Positions 39,945-49,756 of a stretch of 58,954 nucleotides of DNA are shown here, in pieces. The notes under the pieces were generated by a model that was given only the letters and a program-made list of their open reading frames with translations, was not told where the DNA came from and did not search any database. Every line of letters begins with the position of its first letter. Within the stretch, counting starts at the first letter, position 1. The position numbers and the translations under genes are program-made. Origin of the DNA: an uncultured Thermoproteales archaeon (GTDB lineage Archaea > Thermoproteota > Thermoprotei > Thermofilales > B20-G17); NCBI GenBank assembly GCA_964522205.1, contig CAZFTG010000003.1, positions 24,433 to 83,386 on the forward strand, given 5' to 3'.

Positions 39945-40017
39945 CTTCATTCTTCACAGAAGCTGATACGTAGCTAGGCTTATAGTCTCTAATTAAATTC
40001 ACCTATTAGAATTAGAA

Positions 40018-41244
40018 TTATAATAGTTTCAGTGTAATGCTCTCTTTGGAACTTGCTAGTTTAAGAGTTTCCAGTACTGCTAGACCTGTTGGAGTAATAG
40101 TGTATAATGTTCGTTTTCCAAATTTAACAGGTCTTATTAGCTCATTCTCTTGTAGTAAATCAAGGTGCCTTTGAACAGCCCACCAACTCAGCCCAAGACT
40201 TTTCGCTATGCTGTTACAGGATAGTCTTCTGCCCAGTAGAGTCTCCAATATGCTTACTCTGGTCTTAGCCCCTGGGCTTTCGACTAACAATATCCTTAGC
40301 TCATCCGATATCTTTACCTCTTCCTCTCTATACAGGTGCTTTTCATCTGGTAAAGCCTTCTTGAGCAGACTGACTGGTATGGGTGTAGTGGTTCCAGTGA
40401 GAATGAATACCCTATCTTTACCTAAAGTCTCTGAGAGGAACATGGCTATTCTGACTACCTCACTTCTTCTAGGAAGTACTACTGTAGCATAGGGCAATGG
40501 AGGCACCTCTAGATGTACTTGATCTGGATTAAGTTCCTCTAGAGTTTTCGAAAGTTTTTGTAGATGAGATCTCTCCATATTGGTTGATCCAAGTGGAGTC
40601 CTAGTTAGCGTTACGGAGATTATTAAATTTGAATTTCTATCTGAGAGTTCTCTTCTCAATACTGAGAGACCACGAATGATTTCAGCTAGTGGTGCTATAT
40701 CTTCATGAGGCCTATTGATAATAGTCCTTAATTCTTCAGTTACAGCATCTAATTTGGCTACTACATAGTCAGCTTCAGCTAATCCTCGGATAACATTAGC
40801 ATTGTCCAACAATGATGAATTCGTGAATATAGCTAGTTTTACCCCAGGAGATAGAGAATTTACTATCCTACGAATTTCACGCATTACCTTATCGAACTCG
40901 GGGTGAAGAGTTGGCTCACCATTACCTATTACTACTATTGAATCCAGCAGCACCTTATCCAGTATCTCTAGAGCCTTAGCTAGACTTTTCGTGATCTTAT
41001 CAACCGAGCACCAACTATATTTATCAACCTCATTCCAGGAGGAGATGCGGATAAGCACTGATGCTAGGGGACAGTATATACATCTAAAAGTACAAATTAC
41101 TCTACCTAAAGGTAAGATGTTAACTCCTAACACTCTATTAAGCCTTCTAGATATATTGGGCCCAAATACTACAGAGTCTATGACTTGTGAGGTGTCTAGT
41201 AGAGGATTGTACATCGTACTCTTAGGTAGATCCTCGCTCATCAA
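40018..41244 (-). CDS. Radical SAM protein (COG0731-like) fused to a C-terminal ArsR-type wHTH
   Basis: VFGPNISRRL, CTFRCIYC, GNGEPTLHP, KLDA; C-terminal KTRVSILETL...IAKSLGLSWWAVQRHLDLL...YTIT. Confidence 0.85.
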   Translation of the reverse strand: MMSEDLPKSTMYNPLLDTSQVIDSVVFGPNISRRLNRVLGVNILPLGRVICTFRCIYCPLASVLIRISSWNEVDKYSWCSVDKITKSLAKALEILDKVLLDSIVVIGNGEPTLHPEFDKVMREIRRIVNSLSPGVKLAIFTNSSLLDNANVIRGLAEADYVVAKLDAVTEELRTIINRPHEDIAPLAEIIRGLSVLRRELSDRNSNLIISVTLTRTPLGSTNMERSHLQKLSKTLEELNPDQVHLEVPPLPYATVVLPRRSEVVRIAMFLSETLGKDRVFILTGTTTPIPVSLLKKALPDEKHLYREEEVKISDELRILLVESPGAKTRVSILETLLGRRLSCNSIAKSLGLSWWAVQRHLDLLQENELIRPVKFGKRTLYTITPTGLAVLETLKLASSKESITLKLL

Positions 41245-41324
41245 TACATGAAGAAGCTGATAGTTATTAATCTTTTCAATTTGAGCTCAAATTGAAGATA
41301 CGCTTATTTCAAGCTAAGTGAACC

Positions 41325-42095
41325 ATGAAGGGGAACTGTATGGAAGCTAAAGAGAGATCAAGTTCGCGTATAACTGTTAACATGGGTATACTTGTAATCT
41401 CGATATCACTAGTCTGTATCGCTACAATGGCTCTTACAGTCTACGTACCTGCGACAAGGGGATACTTCAATCTCGGAGAGACCATGGTCTACACTGTAGC
41501 AATACTATTTGGGCCTTATATTGGGGCCTTAGCTGGTGGCATGGGTTCAGCACTCGCCGATCTGATATTAGGTTATCCTCACTATGCGCCAGCAACGCTG
41601 GTGATAAAGGCACTAGAAGGTCTAGTCGTAGGATATCTTACTAGAAGAGTACTTAAGGCTAGTACTATTGTCTGGAAATACCTAGCTATCGTAGTGGCAA
41701 TAATATCCGGCCTTCTCCTGTGCCTGATAGGAGTCCACTATTATAGTGGCCATGTAGATTTAACTCTAGGAGTTACCGAGAATACTAGTCTGACTTTTTC
41801 GCTATACGTTCCAATATGGTTCTGGATGGCTATTGGTACATTGTTTGCTTTCGCGGTAATTTTATTCAGTCGTACAGTAGATCCTAGAGTAGGATGGACT
41901 ATAGTATCACTCATGGCTGGGGGATCTTTAATGGTACTAGGTTACTTCATATACGAGACACTACTATTTGGCGTATGGGCAGCGCTAGTCGAAGTACCAG
42001 TCAACATAGGTCAGGTAACTGTCGGGCTTACTGTGGCTGTTCCTTTGACAAAGGCTCTTGAAAGCAGAGTAAAGACACTATTAATGATGAAATGA
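41325..42095 (+). CDS. ECF transporter S component
   Basis: GYFNLGE, AGGMGSALADLILGY, ATLVIKALEG, VEVPVNIGQ. Confidence 0.88.
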   Translation: MKGNCMEAKERSSSRITVNMGILVISISLVCIATMALTVYVPATRGYFNLGETMVYTVAILFGPYIGALAGGMGSALADLILGYPHYAPATLVIKALEGLVVGYLTRRVLKASTIVWKYLAIVVAIISGLLLCLIGVHYYSGHVDLTLGVTENTSLTFSLYVPIWFWMAIGTLFAFAVILFSRTVDPRVGWTIVSLMAGGSLMVLGYFIYETLLFGVWAALVEVPVNIGQVTVGLTVAVPLTKALESRVKTLLMMK

Positions 42096-42166
42096 GTTTT
42101 GATTACTTCTCATTTAGTAGCTTATATATTAATTTTTAATCTAATTAGAAATTAAGGTGCAGTGAG

Positions 42167-43096
42167 TTGATAGTGGTAACTGGTGGTGCAGGCTTTATAG
42201 GATATCACACTGTTAAACGACTGACTGAGGAAGGGCTGGATGTGAGTGTTATAGATAATCTTCATAGTGCCACTGCTCTAGAGGAGTTGAAAAAACATGA
42301 AGTTAAACTATACATCGCAGATATTAGGAACTTAGACGAACTAAAAATCCTTATGAGGGATGCTGAAGCAGTACTGCACCTAGCTGCACTAATAGATGTT
42401 GAGGAATCCTTCAGGAATCCGTACTTATATCATCAAGTAAATGTCTGTGGTACAGTAAATATTCTAGAGGTAGCTAGAACCTATGGTAGTATAGATAAAG
42501 TAATCTTAGCATCTAGTGCTGCTGTATATGGGGAACCAGACAGAGTTCCCATAAGCGAGAATACACCTCTAAGACCCATCTCTCCTTATGGCTTGAGTAA
42601 GGTGATAGCTGAGAGGTACTGTAAAATGTACCATGAACTCTATGGGTTGAATGTGCTCATTCTGAGATACTTTAATGTATATGGTGAATACCAGTCTTCA
42701 GAGTACGCTGGTGTAATCACTAAGTTCATAGAGAGATTGTTAGAACATAAGCCACCAATAGTGTATGGGGATGGTAGACAAACTAGAGATTTCGTTTATG
42801 TAAGTGATGTAGTGAGTGCAAACCTTCTAGCTCTGAAGAGTAAAGTAGACTTTGGAATCTTCAATATAGGTACTGGTAGAGCTGTATCGATAAATGAGTT
42901 AGCAACTATGTTAATGGAGATGGTAGGCCTAAGGTTAAAGCCTGTGTACCTACCACCTAGACCTGGAGATATACCTCACAGCGTAGCTGATATAAGCCGT
43001 GCTAGGGAAGTACTGAAGTACTACCCTAAGGTAAACCTAAGGAATGGGTTAAGAAGGGTTCTAAAGTGGTATAAAAGTAGACAACATGTGCACTAG
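42167..43096 (+). CDS. NAD-dependent epimerase/dehydratase (GalE-like)
   Basis: TGGAGFIG, HLAA, ASSAAVYG, PYGLSK, RYFNVYG, QTRDF. Confidence 0.93.
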   Translation: MIVVTGGAGFIGYHTVKRLTEEGLDVSVIDNLHSATALEELKKHEVKLYIADIRNLDELKILMRDAEAVLHLAALIDVEESFRNPYLYHQVNVCGTVNILEVARTYGSIDKVILASSAAVYGEPDRVPISENTPLRPISPYGLSKVIAERYCKMYHELYGLNVLILRYFNVYGEYQSSEYAGVITKFIERLLEHKPPIVYGDGRQTRDFVYVSDVVSANLLALKSKVDFGIFNIGTGRAVSINELATMLMEMVGLRLKPVYLPPRPGDIPHSVADISRAREVLKYYPKVNLRNGLRRVLKWYKSRQHVH

Positions 43097-43698
43097 GGGA
43101 GCTCTACATTACTATGCCTTCTTCTTAAGGTCTCTTCATCTACTCCAAGCCTTTTCATCAGTTCCACTATTATTCCATCTAAGAAGGCCATTACCGTATT
43201 TTCGAATAATGTGCCTAGAGGGACTAATGGCTCGTGCATTCCTAAGATCTGTCTAGCTATATAATTACTCTCCTTCGCTATCTTAGTTCTACCAGGGACT
43301 TTGATAGTCAGTTTTGCTAATCTACCCAGTGGAGAATCTGGATATGAGGTTATAGCTATAATCTTAGCTCCCAATCTCTTAGCTATTCTAGCCACAGTAA
43401 CTGTGAGCTCTGTTACTCCTGAACCGGAAATAGCTATTAGAATATCTCCTTTATCAACAGGTGGTGTTATAGTCTCTCCGATAACGTATACTCTAAAACC
43501 AAGATGCATCAATCTCATAGCGAATGCCTTTCCTACTAAACCAGATCTACCTGTTCCGACTACTAGGATCTTAGAATTGGAGTTATATGCATCTATAAGA
43601 GTGTTCACAAAAGTCTCGACTTCATACGAAGATATTCTGAAGGTAGCCTCTTCCACATACTTAGAGATTTCCTTCATAGCTTCAAGTACACCACTCAT
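43093..43698 (-). CDS. hxlB: 6-phospho-3-hexuloisomerase
   Basis: GTGRSGLVGKAFAMRLMHLG, ISGSG, PLGTLFE, RRHSNVE. Confidence 0.93.
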   Translation of the reverse strand: MSGVLEAMKEISKYVEEATFRISSYEVETFVNTLIDAYNSNSKILVVGTGRSGLVGKAFAMRLMHLGFRVYVIGETITPPVDKGDILIAISGSGVTELTVTVARIAKRLGAKIIAITSYPDSPLGRLAKLTIKVPGRTKIAKESNYIARQILGMHEPLVPLGTLFENTVMAFLDGIIVELMKRLGVDEETLRRRHSNVELP

Positions 43699-43789
43699 GC
43701 ATATCCCTACTACTTTGATACTAAATATTAAAAAGGATATTCATGGAAATTCAGCGGGTAAACTTATTAGATCCCATCCTAGGTAGAAA

Positions 43790-44383
43790 TTGATGCACTA
43801 TTTCTCTAGAAAACCAGAGGGAGAATTCAGGATCTATAGGTTTAGCGTACAAGTAAGGGGGATCTCATTAAAGCTGGTAAGTGCTAGTGGAGTATTCTCG
43901 GCTAGAAGAGTAGATCTAGGTACTAAAGTCCTTCTAGAAAACATGATAGTGAAGGACTTCTGGCGTATTCTTGACCTAGGCTGCGGATATGGTATTATAG
44001 GTCTAGTAGCAGCTAAATTAGCTCCTCACGGCCTTGTGATAATGACTGATATAAACAAGAGAGCTATAAAGTTAGCTAGAATTAATGCAAAATTGAACAA
44101 AATCAAGAATGTAGAGATTAAACACGGAGACCTTTATGAACCAGTAGAGGGAGAGGTTTTCGATACCATAATCAGTAATCCTCCCCAGGCTGCTGGTATG
44201 AGGATTATTAAGAGGTTGATAGAGGGATCCATAAACTACCTAAAGGAGGGAGGATTACTACAGCTAGTAGCTAGGCATAATAAGGGCGGGAAGAGGATGT
44301 TCGATATAATGGGACAAGTATTTAAAGACACTTATATTCTCGGAGGAAGAGGAGGTTATAGAGTATACATAGCTCGTAAGTAA
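43790..44383 (+). CDS. Class I SAM methyltransferase (MTS/RsmC-like)
   Basis: HYFS, GVFS..RVDLGT, LDLGCGYG, SNPP, LQLV. Confidence 0.9.
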   Translation: MMHYFSRKPEGEFRIYRFSVQVRGISLKLVSASGVFSARRVDLGTKVLLENMIVKDFWRILDLGCGYGIIGLVAAKLAPHGLVIMTDINKRAIKLARINAKLNKIKNVEIKHGDLYEPVEGEVFDTIISNPPQAAGMRIIKRLIEGSINYLKEGGLLQLVARHNKGGKRMFDIMGQVFKDTYILGGRGGYRVYIARK

Positions 44384-44408
44384 TTCTACTCTCTTCACAT
44401 AACATAAG

Positions 44409-44439
44409 TTACGGGGCTCTAGCATAGCCCTGTAATTTT
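44409..44439 (+). terminator. Hairpin with T4 tail between convergent genes
   Basis: TTACGGGGCT-CTAGCAT-AGCCCTGTAA-TTTT: 10-bp stem with one G-U pair, 25 bp after the methyltransferase stop. Confidence 0.45.
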
Positions 44440-44545
44440 CATCCATCGCTAATATACCATAAAATTCCCTAGAAGCTATTTATAAGAAACATCTATGATA
44501 ATTAGACCTAATACTGCTGTGGATTATTGAATAAATATGGAGGTT

Positions 44546-44890
44546 TTAGTAAATTCTAATACTTTTCTTAATATGTCTCCAGTACCACTTAGCTTCCTCT
44601 CTGGTTACTAGGTGTATTTCAACAGGGCTGTAGAGGGGTAATCCTGCTTTCTCCTCAATGAGTGCCTTTAATTCAGCTCGATCTTTACTACTCCTGGGAA
44701 GTTGATCACAAATCACTAGTATATCTAGATCGCTTCCACTCGTCCACTCACACTCGGCTATACTTCCAAATACATAGACCTCACAAGGTCCTAGGACACT
44801 TTTAGATGCTTCTGCCACTCTATGCGCCCAGTATCTCCAATTCTCCAAGAACTCTCTCATCTTCAGATTAAACTTGTATATTTGATACAA
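44546..44890 (-). CDS. Minimal nucleotidyltransferase (MNT), antitoxin-like
   Basis: VYVFGS(x10)DLDILV, VEIHLV. Confidence 0.9.
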   Translation of the reverse strand: MYQIYKFNLKMREFLENWRYWAHRVAEASKSVLGPCEVYVFGSIAECEWTSGSDLDILVICDQLPRSSKDRAELKALIEEKAGLPLYSPVEIHLVTREEAKWYWRHIKKSIRIY

Positions 44891-45266
44891 AATGTATCAC
44901 CTCCTCACTAAACTCTATAAGTTCTCTAGTCTCTTCCTTCTCATATCTTCTAAACAGATACCTCAATGCTATGTAAGCCTCTTCAAGTCTTATGAAGAGA
45001 GACCGCTTCTTCTCAACATAGTCGTCTATAATACTAGCTTTACTTCCTACAAGCTCTCTTAGAATTCCAAATAAATGTCGGATTGTATGGGTTCTTGGCA
45101 TTTCTCCTGTGAGCTCTAGAATCTTGTATTTAGTGAATAACTGTACTGCTTGCTCAGCCATAAAAGCGGCTAGGTCATAATGTCCCCTTTTTAGATGGAA
45201 TTTAGCCGCCTCTAACATGTGTAGTGCCCTAGACTTTATGAGCTCAATATCCTCTTTTCTAGCCAT
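44868..45266 (-). CDS. HEPN-domain protein, toxin-like
   Basis: YDLAAFMAEQAVQL..K, RTHTI, LEEAYIALRY; 23-bp overlap with MNT. Confidence 0.9.
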   Translation of the reverse strand: MARKEDIELIKSRALHMLEAAKFHLKRGHYDLAAFMAEQAVQLFTKYKILELTGEMPRTHTIRHLFGILRELVGSKASIIDDYVEKKRSLFIRLEEAYIALRYLFRRYEKEETRELIEFSEEVIHFVSNIQV

Positions 45267-45273
45267 ATGATCA

Positions 45274-45323
45274 CTCTCAGTACTGTATCAATTTACCACT
45301 CTTGATAATAAAATTACTGAGAG
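45274..45323. promoter_or_regulatory. Nested inverted repeats immediately upstream of the HEPN-MNT operon
   Basis: CTCTCAGTA 45274-45282 / TACTGAGAG 45315-45323; inner TATCAA 45286-45291 / TTGATA 45302-45307. Confidence 0.5.
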
Positions 45324-45568
45324 AAGGTTAAATCAATACCTCTTACTTTTGATAGAGTACTCCCCTGAAAATACTAAAACATTGGTAGGAGTAGAGCTTT
45401 AACTTTCATCTTTTACTACGAGTAGACTGGATTAAGGGAGGATAATCTTTGAAGTGGTTCTAGTGCTCACTATATCTTCCTTCAAGCCCTTAAAGTAGAT
45501 CTCTGTCTCCACTTTTTTGGATTGATGGAGTCTCTCCTCGTTCTCCCTCTATGTCGGTGTGTCATTGT

Positions 45569-46006
45569 TCACTCTTCCTTAGAGTATTTTAGATACTCTA
45601 TGAACATCCTAAGAGTTTCGTACCAGAGGATTGCTACTGAGAGTATACCTATCATAAGTCCCATAACGTAATGGACATCCACTATGAAAGGAGGGTTTAA
45701 TATGTACTCTATAACTAATATGCTTACAAGAACCGAGTAAAAGAGGTATCTAGGTATCGATATCCTACCTATAGTTATAAAGTTTCTGAGAATATCTACC
45801 TTCACGTACTTCTTCACCATGTACTTCCTCTCGGGCGTTTTATCCACTAAATCCATATCCTCTAATTTATTCAAGTGGTACAGTATAAGACTCGGTGTAG
45901 ATACTCTAAGCTTTCTTTGGAGTTCTCTAACACCCCATGGTCTATTTGAAATAGCTAACACCTTATAGATCTCTAGAGTAAGCCCATTCAGATCCCTGAT
46001 CCCCAT
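45569..46006 (-). CDS. wHTH regulator with two C-terminal TM helices
   Basis: WGVRELQRKLRVSTPSLILYHLNKLEDMDLV, followed by two hydrophobic helices. Confidence 0.82.
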   Translation of the reverse strand: MGIRDLNGLTLEIYKVLAISNRPWGVRELQRKLRVSTPSLILYHLNKLEDMDLVDKTPERKYMVKKYVKVDILRNFITIGRISIPRYLFYSVLVSILVIEYILNPPFIVDVHYVMGLMIGILSVAILWYETLRMFIEYLKYSKEE

Positions 46007-46019
46007 GTACTATAGCCTC

Positions 46020-46724
46020 CTATCTCAGCTTTTTCCTGGCTATAAAATAGAATATAGAAGCTATAGTTATGGAAATAACTAGTAGAGGCAGTAATTTTGG
46101 TAGTTCCTCTATGAGGGATACTGGTTTATACACGGATATTTCAGGGCCATATTTCCCATACTCCATCACTATAGCTCTTTCTACACTTTTCATCGGAGCT
46201 TTAGTCATGGGATATAGTACCTTAGTTATTCCCTTGGGAAGAGTACGGATTACAATGATAGAGGTTTTAGATGCTTTAACAAGGATATACTCTCCTTCCG
46301 CGCGAATATAGCGTGTGTATTCCTCATAGGGTTTTATTTCTCTTACCATCACTATAATTGGTGATCCTGCTATATTTACTTTGTATACTACCTCTCCTTT
46401 ATAGGTATCTATACTAGCCATATCTATTAATATCTCAGAGGGCCTATTAATATGAATATTTTTGATACCTAAGAGCTTATCCGTCGGAGAGTAGACTAAT
46501 ACTATGTATCTCCCCATTTTTATGGATAGTTTTACTGTAGGTAAATCGGTTACATATCTTTGAACCTCGCCACTCACTGTATTGACTATTGTGATTATAG
46601 CTACATTACGTAGTTTAGGAATTCTTAGTACGACTTCATATAGAGGTTCTGATAGTAGTACACATATTGGATTTAGTAGTATGAGTATAATGGTAGAAAG
46701 TACTATTGATATATTCCTTTTCAC
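46020..46724 (-). CDS. Secreted/membrane-anchored hypothetical protein
   Basis: Signal peptide, beta-rich body, C-terminal TM plus RKKLR. Confidence 0.72.
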   Translation of the reverse strand: MKRNISIVLSTIILILLNPICVLLSEPLYEVVLRIPKLRNVAIITIVNTVSGEVQRYVTDLPTVKLSIKMGRYIVLVYSPTDKLLGIKNIHINRPSEILIDMASIDTYKGEVVYKVNIAGSPIIVMVREIKPYEEYTRYIRAEGEYILVKASKTSIIVIRTLPKGITKVLYPMTKAPMKSVERAIVMEYGKYGPEISVYKPVSLIEELPKLLPLLVISITIASIFYFIARKKLR

Positions 46725-46801
46725 ATGACTTCTTTAATATCAATACTAAAAAATCTTATCGTGTTCTAGAGTTTGAACATTAGAGACCAGTATTGGCGGT
46801 C

Positions 46802-47959
46802 TTATAGTGTTCCTATAGGCATGACATAAGTGGGTACGAGATCTACGTCGATTATACTCTTAACTTCTTCATCATAGAATGCCCCTATAGCCACAGTCCC
46901 CAACCCCATGGATGCCACAAGAAGATACACATTCTGTCCAATCATACCTGTCTCCAAATGAGCTAAAAACTGATCTGCATCTCTACTTGTTGTGAATACT
47001 AAACTACACTGAGCACTTCTTACATAATCTTGGTGTAGGCATGCCCTATACAAATCATCAAGATAGTAGCCTCTTTTAACTAGCTTTAATTCATTTCTCT
47101 GAGAATCATAGTGATATATTCCCTCCTCTAGTCCTTCTACGTCTCTCACTGATACTATACACTCTACTAGATAGTTATCACTCACTTTCGGATAAGGTCT
47201 CTTATCTCTATAGATAGTACCTATACTATACTTTAGGATTAACATGAGCCACTCTAGTGATAATGGTTTTCTGGAATAGCTTCTTATAGATCTTCTATTT
47301 ACTATAGCTTCTTCAAGCGGTACTAGTGAACTGTTTTCGTGTACTTTAGTGTCTCTAGAAGGGGTAAGGGGAATTCCTATTTGTAGTAGTGCTAGAGGAT
47401 CTCCTTTTGTCCTCAGAGATTCTCTTAGGTTTTTTCGTACACTCTCATCAGTTAACACTTTAACCCCACAGGACATACCCAGAACCATAGCCTCTAATAC
47501 TACATTTTGTATGCAATGTCCAACCTCATTATACACATATCTATAACCTCTATGCCCATATGTGCTAGTGGTTCTTTCATAGTGCGCAACTACTACTATA
47601 TCTAGAGGTCTAAGAGGGGGTGATTGAAACATTGTACTTATGGGAGCTACTTCCTCTATTTTCCCTTCAAAAGGTTTGTGTGACCTGTATACGTAGATAG
47701 CTGGATTCACTCTCTCTACACTATAGCATACAGCAAAGACCTCTAAAGGAAACGTAGCTCCAGCTGAGGGGACCGTTTTAAAACACAAGCCCCATCTCTT
47801 CCTCGTACATCCCTGTGCAGCGAATAAAAGCTTGCTCAGCTCACCTATACTAATGCTTTTCCTGGGACTAAACTCACTTTTAGCATATCTTAGTACAGCA
47901 TCTATGAACGTATAATCTATTGTCACCTCAAACCTAGGTAGTACTATCTCATTACGCAT
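46802..47959 (-). CDS. Tandem SagB/ThcOx-type nitroreductase-fold protein
   Basis: Domain 1: PSAGATFPLE, YGHRGYRY..NEVGH..QN. Domain 2: RRSIRSYS, GMIGQNVYL, GTVAIGAF. Confidence 0.88.
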   Translation of the reverse strand: MRNEIVLPRFEVTIDYTFIDAVLRYAKSEFSPRKSISIGELSKLLFAAQGCTRKRWGLCFKTVPSAGATFPLEVFAVCYSVERVNPAIYVYRSHKPFEGKIEEVAPISTMFQSPPLRPLDIVVVAHYERTTSTYGHRGYRYVYNEVGHCIQNVVLEAMVLGMSCGVKVLTDESVRKNLRESLRTKGDPLALLQIGIPLTPSRDTKVHENSSLVPLEEAIVNRRSIRSYSRKPLSLEWLMLILKYSIGTIYRDKRPYPKVSDNYLVECIVSVRDVEGLEEGIYHYDSQRNELKLVKRGYYLDDLYRACLHQDYVRSAQCSLVFTTSRDADQFLAHLETGMIGQNVYLLVASMGLGTVAIGAFYDEEVKSIIDVDLVPTYVMPIGTL

Positions 47960-47992
47960 ATATATTAAAGATTATTGACATCTAAATAGTCT

Positions 47993-48727
47993 ATGATGGA
48001 GAGTTCAGCCAAATATGTTGATGCACACTGTCACCTTCACGAGTTTCCAGATGATTACATCGAAAAAGTAGTAGAGAAAGTAGTAATACTGGCCGTATCT
48101 GATGATATAGAGTCCTCGAGGAGGACTATAGCACTAGGTAATAAGTACAGTAATGTCCATGCATGTATAGGAGTCCATCCATGGGATGTAGGAAAGGAGG
48201 AAGTGAGAATTGAACTATTTAAAAAGCTCATAGAGGAGAATAGGGAGGTAACCTGTATAGGAGAGGTAGGTCTCGATAAGATCTTCGTTCCCCATACCTA
48301 TGAAGTACAACTAAAGGTATTTGAAGAGTTCTTAAAACTCGCTAAGGAGTACGACTTAGCATTGAACCTTCATACTGCAGGGGCGTGGAGGGAAGTGTTT
48401 GACTTAGTCGTAAAGTACGATATTAATAGAGCAATATTCCACTGGTATACAGGACCCCTAAACCTACTAGACATGCTGGTAGAGGCTGGCTACAAAATCT
48501 CCATAAATCCCTCCTTAGTGTTTCAGAAAAAGCATAAGAGAGTACTAGAGACATGCCCATTAAAGGCTATATTAACTGAAAGCGATGGCCCCTATAAATA
48601 CAGAGGACTAGAGCTAAAGCCCGACTTAATACCAGAGCTTGTAAAAACCATAGCTTTAGTAAAAAATGTATCCACAGAGCAATTGTTAGAAATAATAACT
48701 CGTAATCTAGGAGCTATAATAAAATAA
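47993..48727 (+). CDS. tatD: TatD-family nuclease
   Basis: DAHCHL, GVHP, IGEVGLD, HT, FHWY, TESDGP. Confidence 0.92.
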   Translation: MMESSAKYVDAHCHLHEFPDDYIEKVVEKVVILAVSDDIESSRRTIALGNKYSNVHACIGVHPWDVGKEEVRIELFKKLIEENREVTCIGEVGLDKIFVPHTYEVQLKVFEEFLKLAKEYDLALNLHTAGAWREVFDLVVKYDINRAIFHWYTGPLNLLDMLVEAGYKISINPSLVFQKKHKRVLETCPLKAILTESDGPYKYRGLELKPDLIPELVKTIALVKNVSTEQLLEIITRNLGAIIK

Positions 48728-48811
48728 CGACTCATAGAGTAACCCTAAGACTATCTCTATCTCTCAACCGTTGTAGAGTAAGGAATATAAAACATACCTC
48801 TAGTATTTGAC

Positions 48812-49699
48812 ATGATAATTGTAGGCGGTCCTGCGGCAAACAATATAGACTTAGAAATAGCTAAGCTCATTAATGCTCCATCTGTAACCCTAGAATATAA
48901 GAAGTTCCCTGATGGAGAGTCTTACATAAGGTATCCCGTAGAAGAAGTGGATATATCCGGAGAAACTGTAGTAGTAGTACAATCACTATATCCACCCCAA
49001 GATAAGCACTTTCTAGAACTACTATTAGCCCTATCGACAGCTAAAGACCTAGGAGCTAAGGAAGTGATAGCAGTAGTACCATACTTAGCCTATGCTAGAC
49101 AGGATAAGAGGTTTAGAAGAGGAGAGGCGATAAGTGTAAATGTGGTTCTAAAGGCTATAGAATCAGCAGGGGCCGACAGATTTATAACCATAGATATACA
49201 TAAGGAGAAAAGTCTCGAAGTACTATCCATACCCCATGAAAACTTGACAGCTATGAGGGAACTAGCAAAGTACTTACTTAAGAGAAACTATAAGAATCCC
49301 GTAATCTTGGCTCCGGATAAGGGAGCTATTGGGCATGCGAAAGAAGTAGCTAAAATTCTCGAAACAGAGTACGATTATATTGTAAAAGTGAGAGATAGGA
49401 AAACAGGTGAAGTACGAGCCGAAGCCAAGTCTCTGGATGTACAGGGTAGTACTGTGATAATAGTCGATGATATTATAAGCACTGGAGGAACCATGGCACT
49501 AGCAGCTAAATGTTCACTAGCCCTAGGAGCTAGAGCAGTCATAGCAGTATGTACACATGCACTATTGGTAAATAATGCGCTTACAAGACTTAAGGAAAGT
49601 GGGATTTCTGAAATAATAGCTACCAACACTGTCCCATCTCCGGTCTCAAGAATTAGTGTAGCCAATGTATTAGCAGAGTACCTCAGAAGAATACTCTAG
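48812..49699 (+). CDS. prs: Ribose-phosphate pyrophosphokinase
   Basis: FPDGE, PYLAYARQD, APDKGA, VDDIISTGGT. Confidence 0.96.
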   Translation: MIIVGGPAANNIDLEIAKLINAPSVTLEYKKFPDGESYIRYPVEEVDISGETVVVVQSLYPPQDKHFLELLLALSTAKDLGAKEVIAVVPYLAYARQDKRFRRGEAISVNVVLKAIESAGADRFITIDIHKEKSLEVLSIPHENLTAMRELAKYLLKRNYKNPVILAPDKGAIGHAKEVAKILETEYDYIVKVRDRKTGEVRAEAKSLDVQGSTVIIVDDIISTGGTMALAAKCSLALGARAVIAVCTHALLVNNALTRLKESGISEIIATNTVPSPVSRISVANVLAEYLRRIL

Positions 49700-49756
49700 T
49701 AGCCACTCTTATCCTGGTTTAGCACAAGTTTAATACAAACCCCGATTTGATACTCG

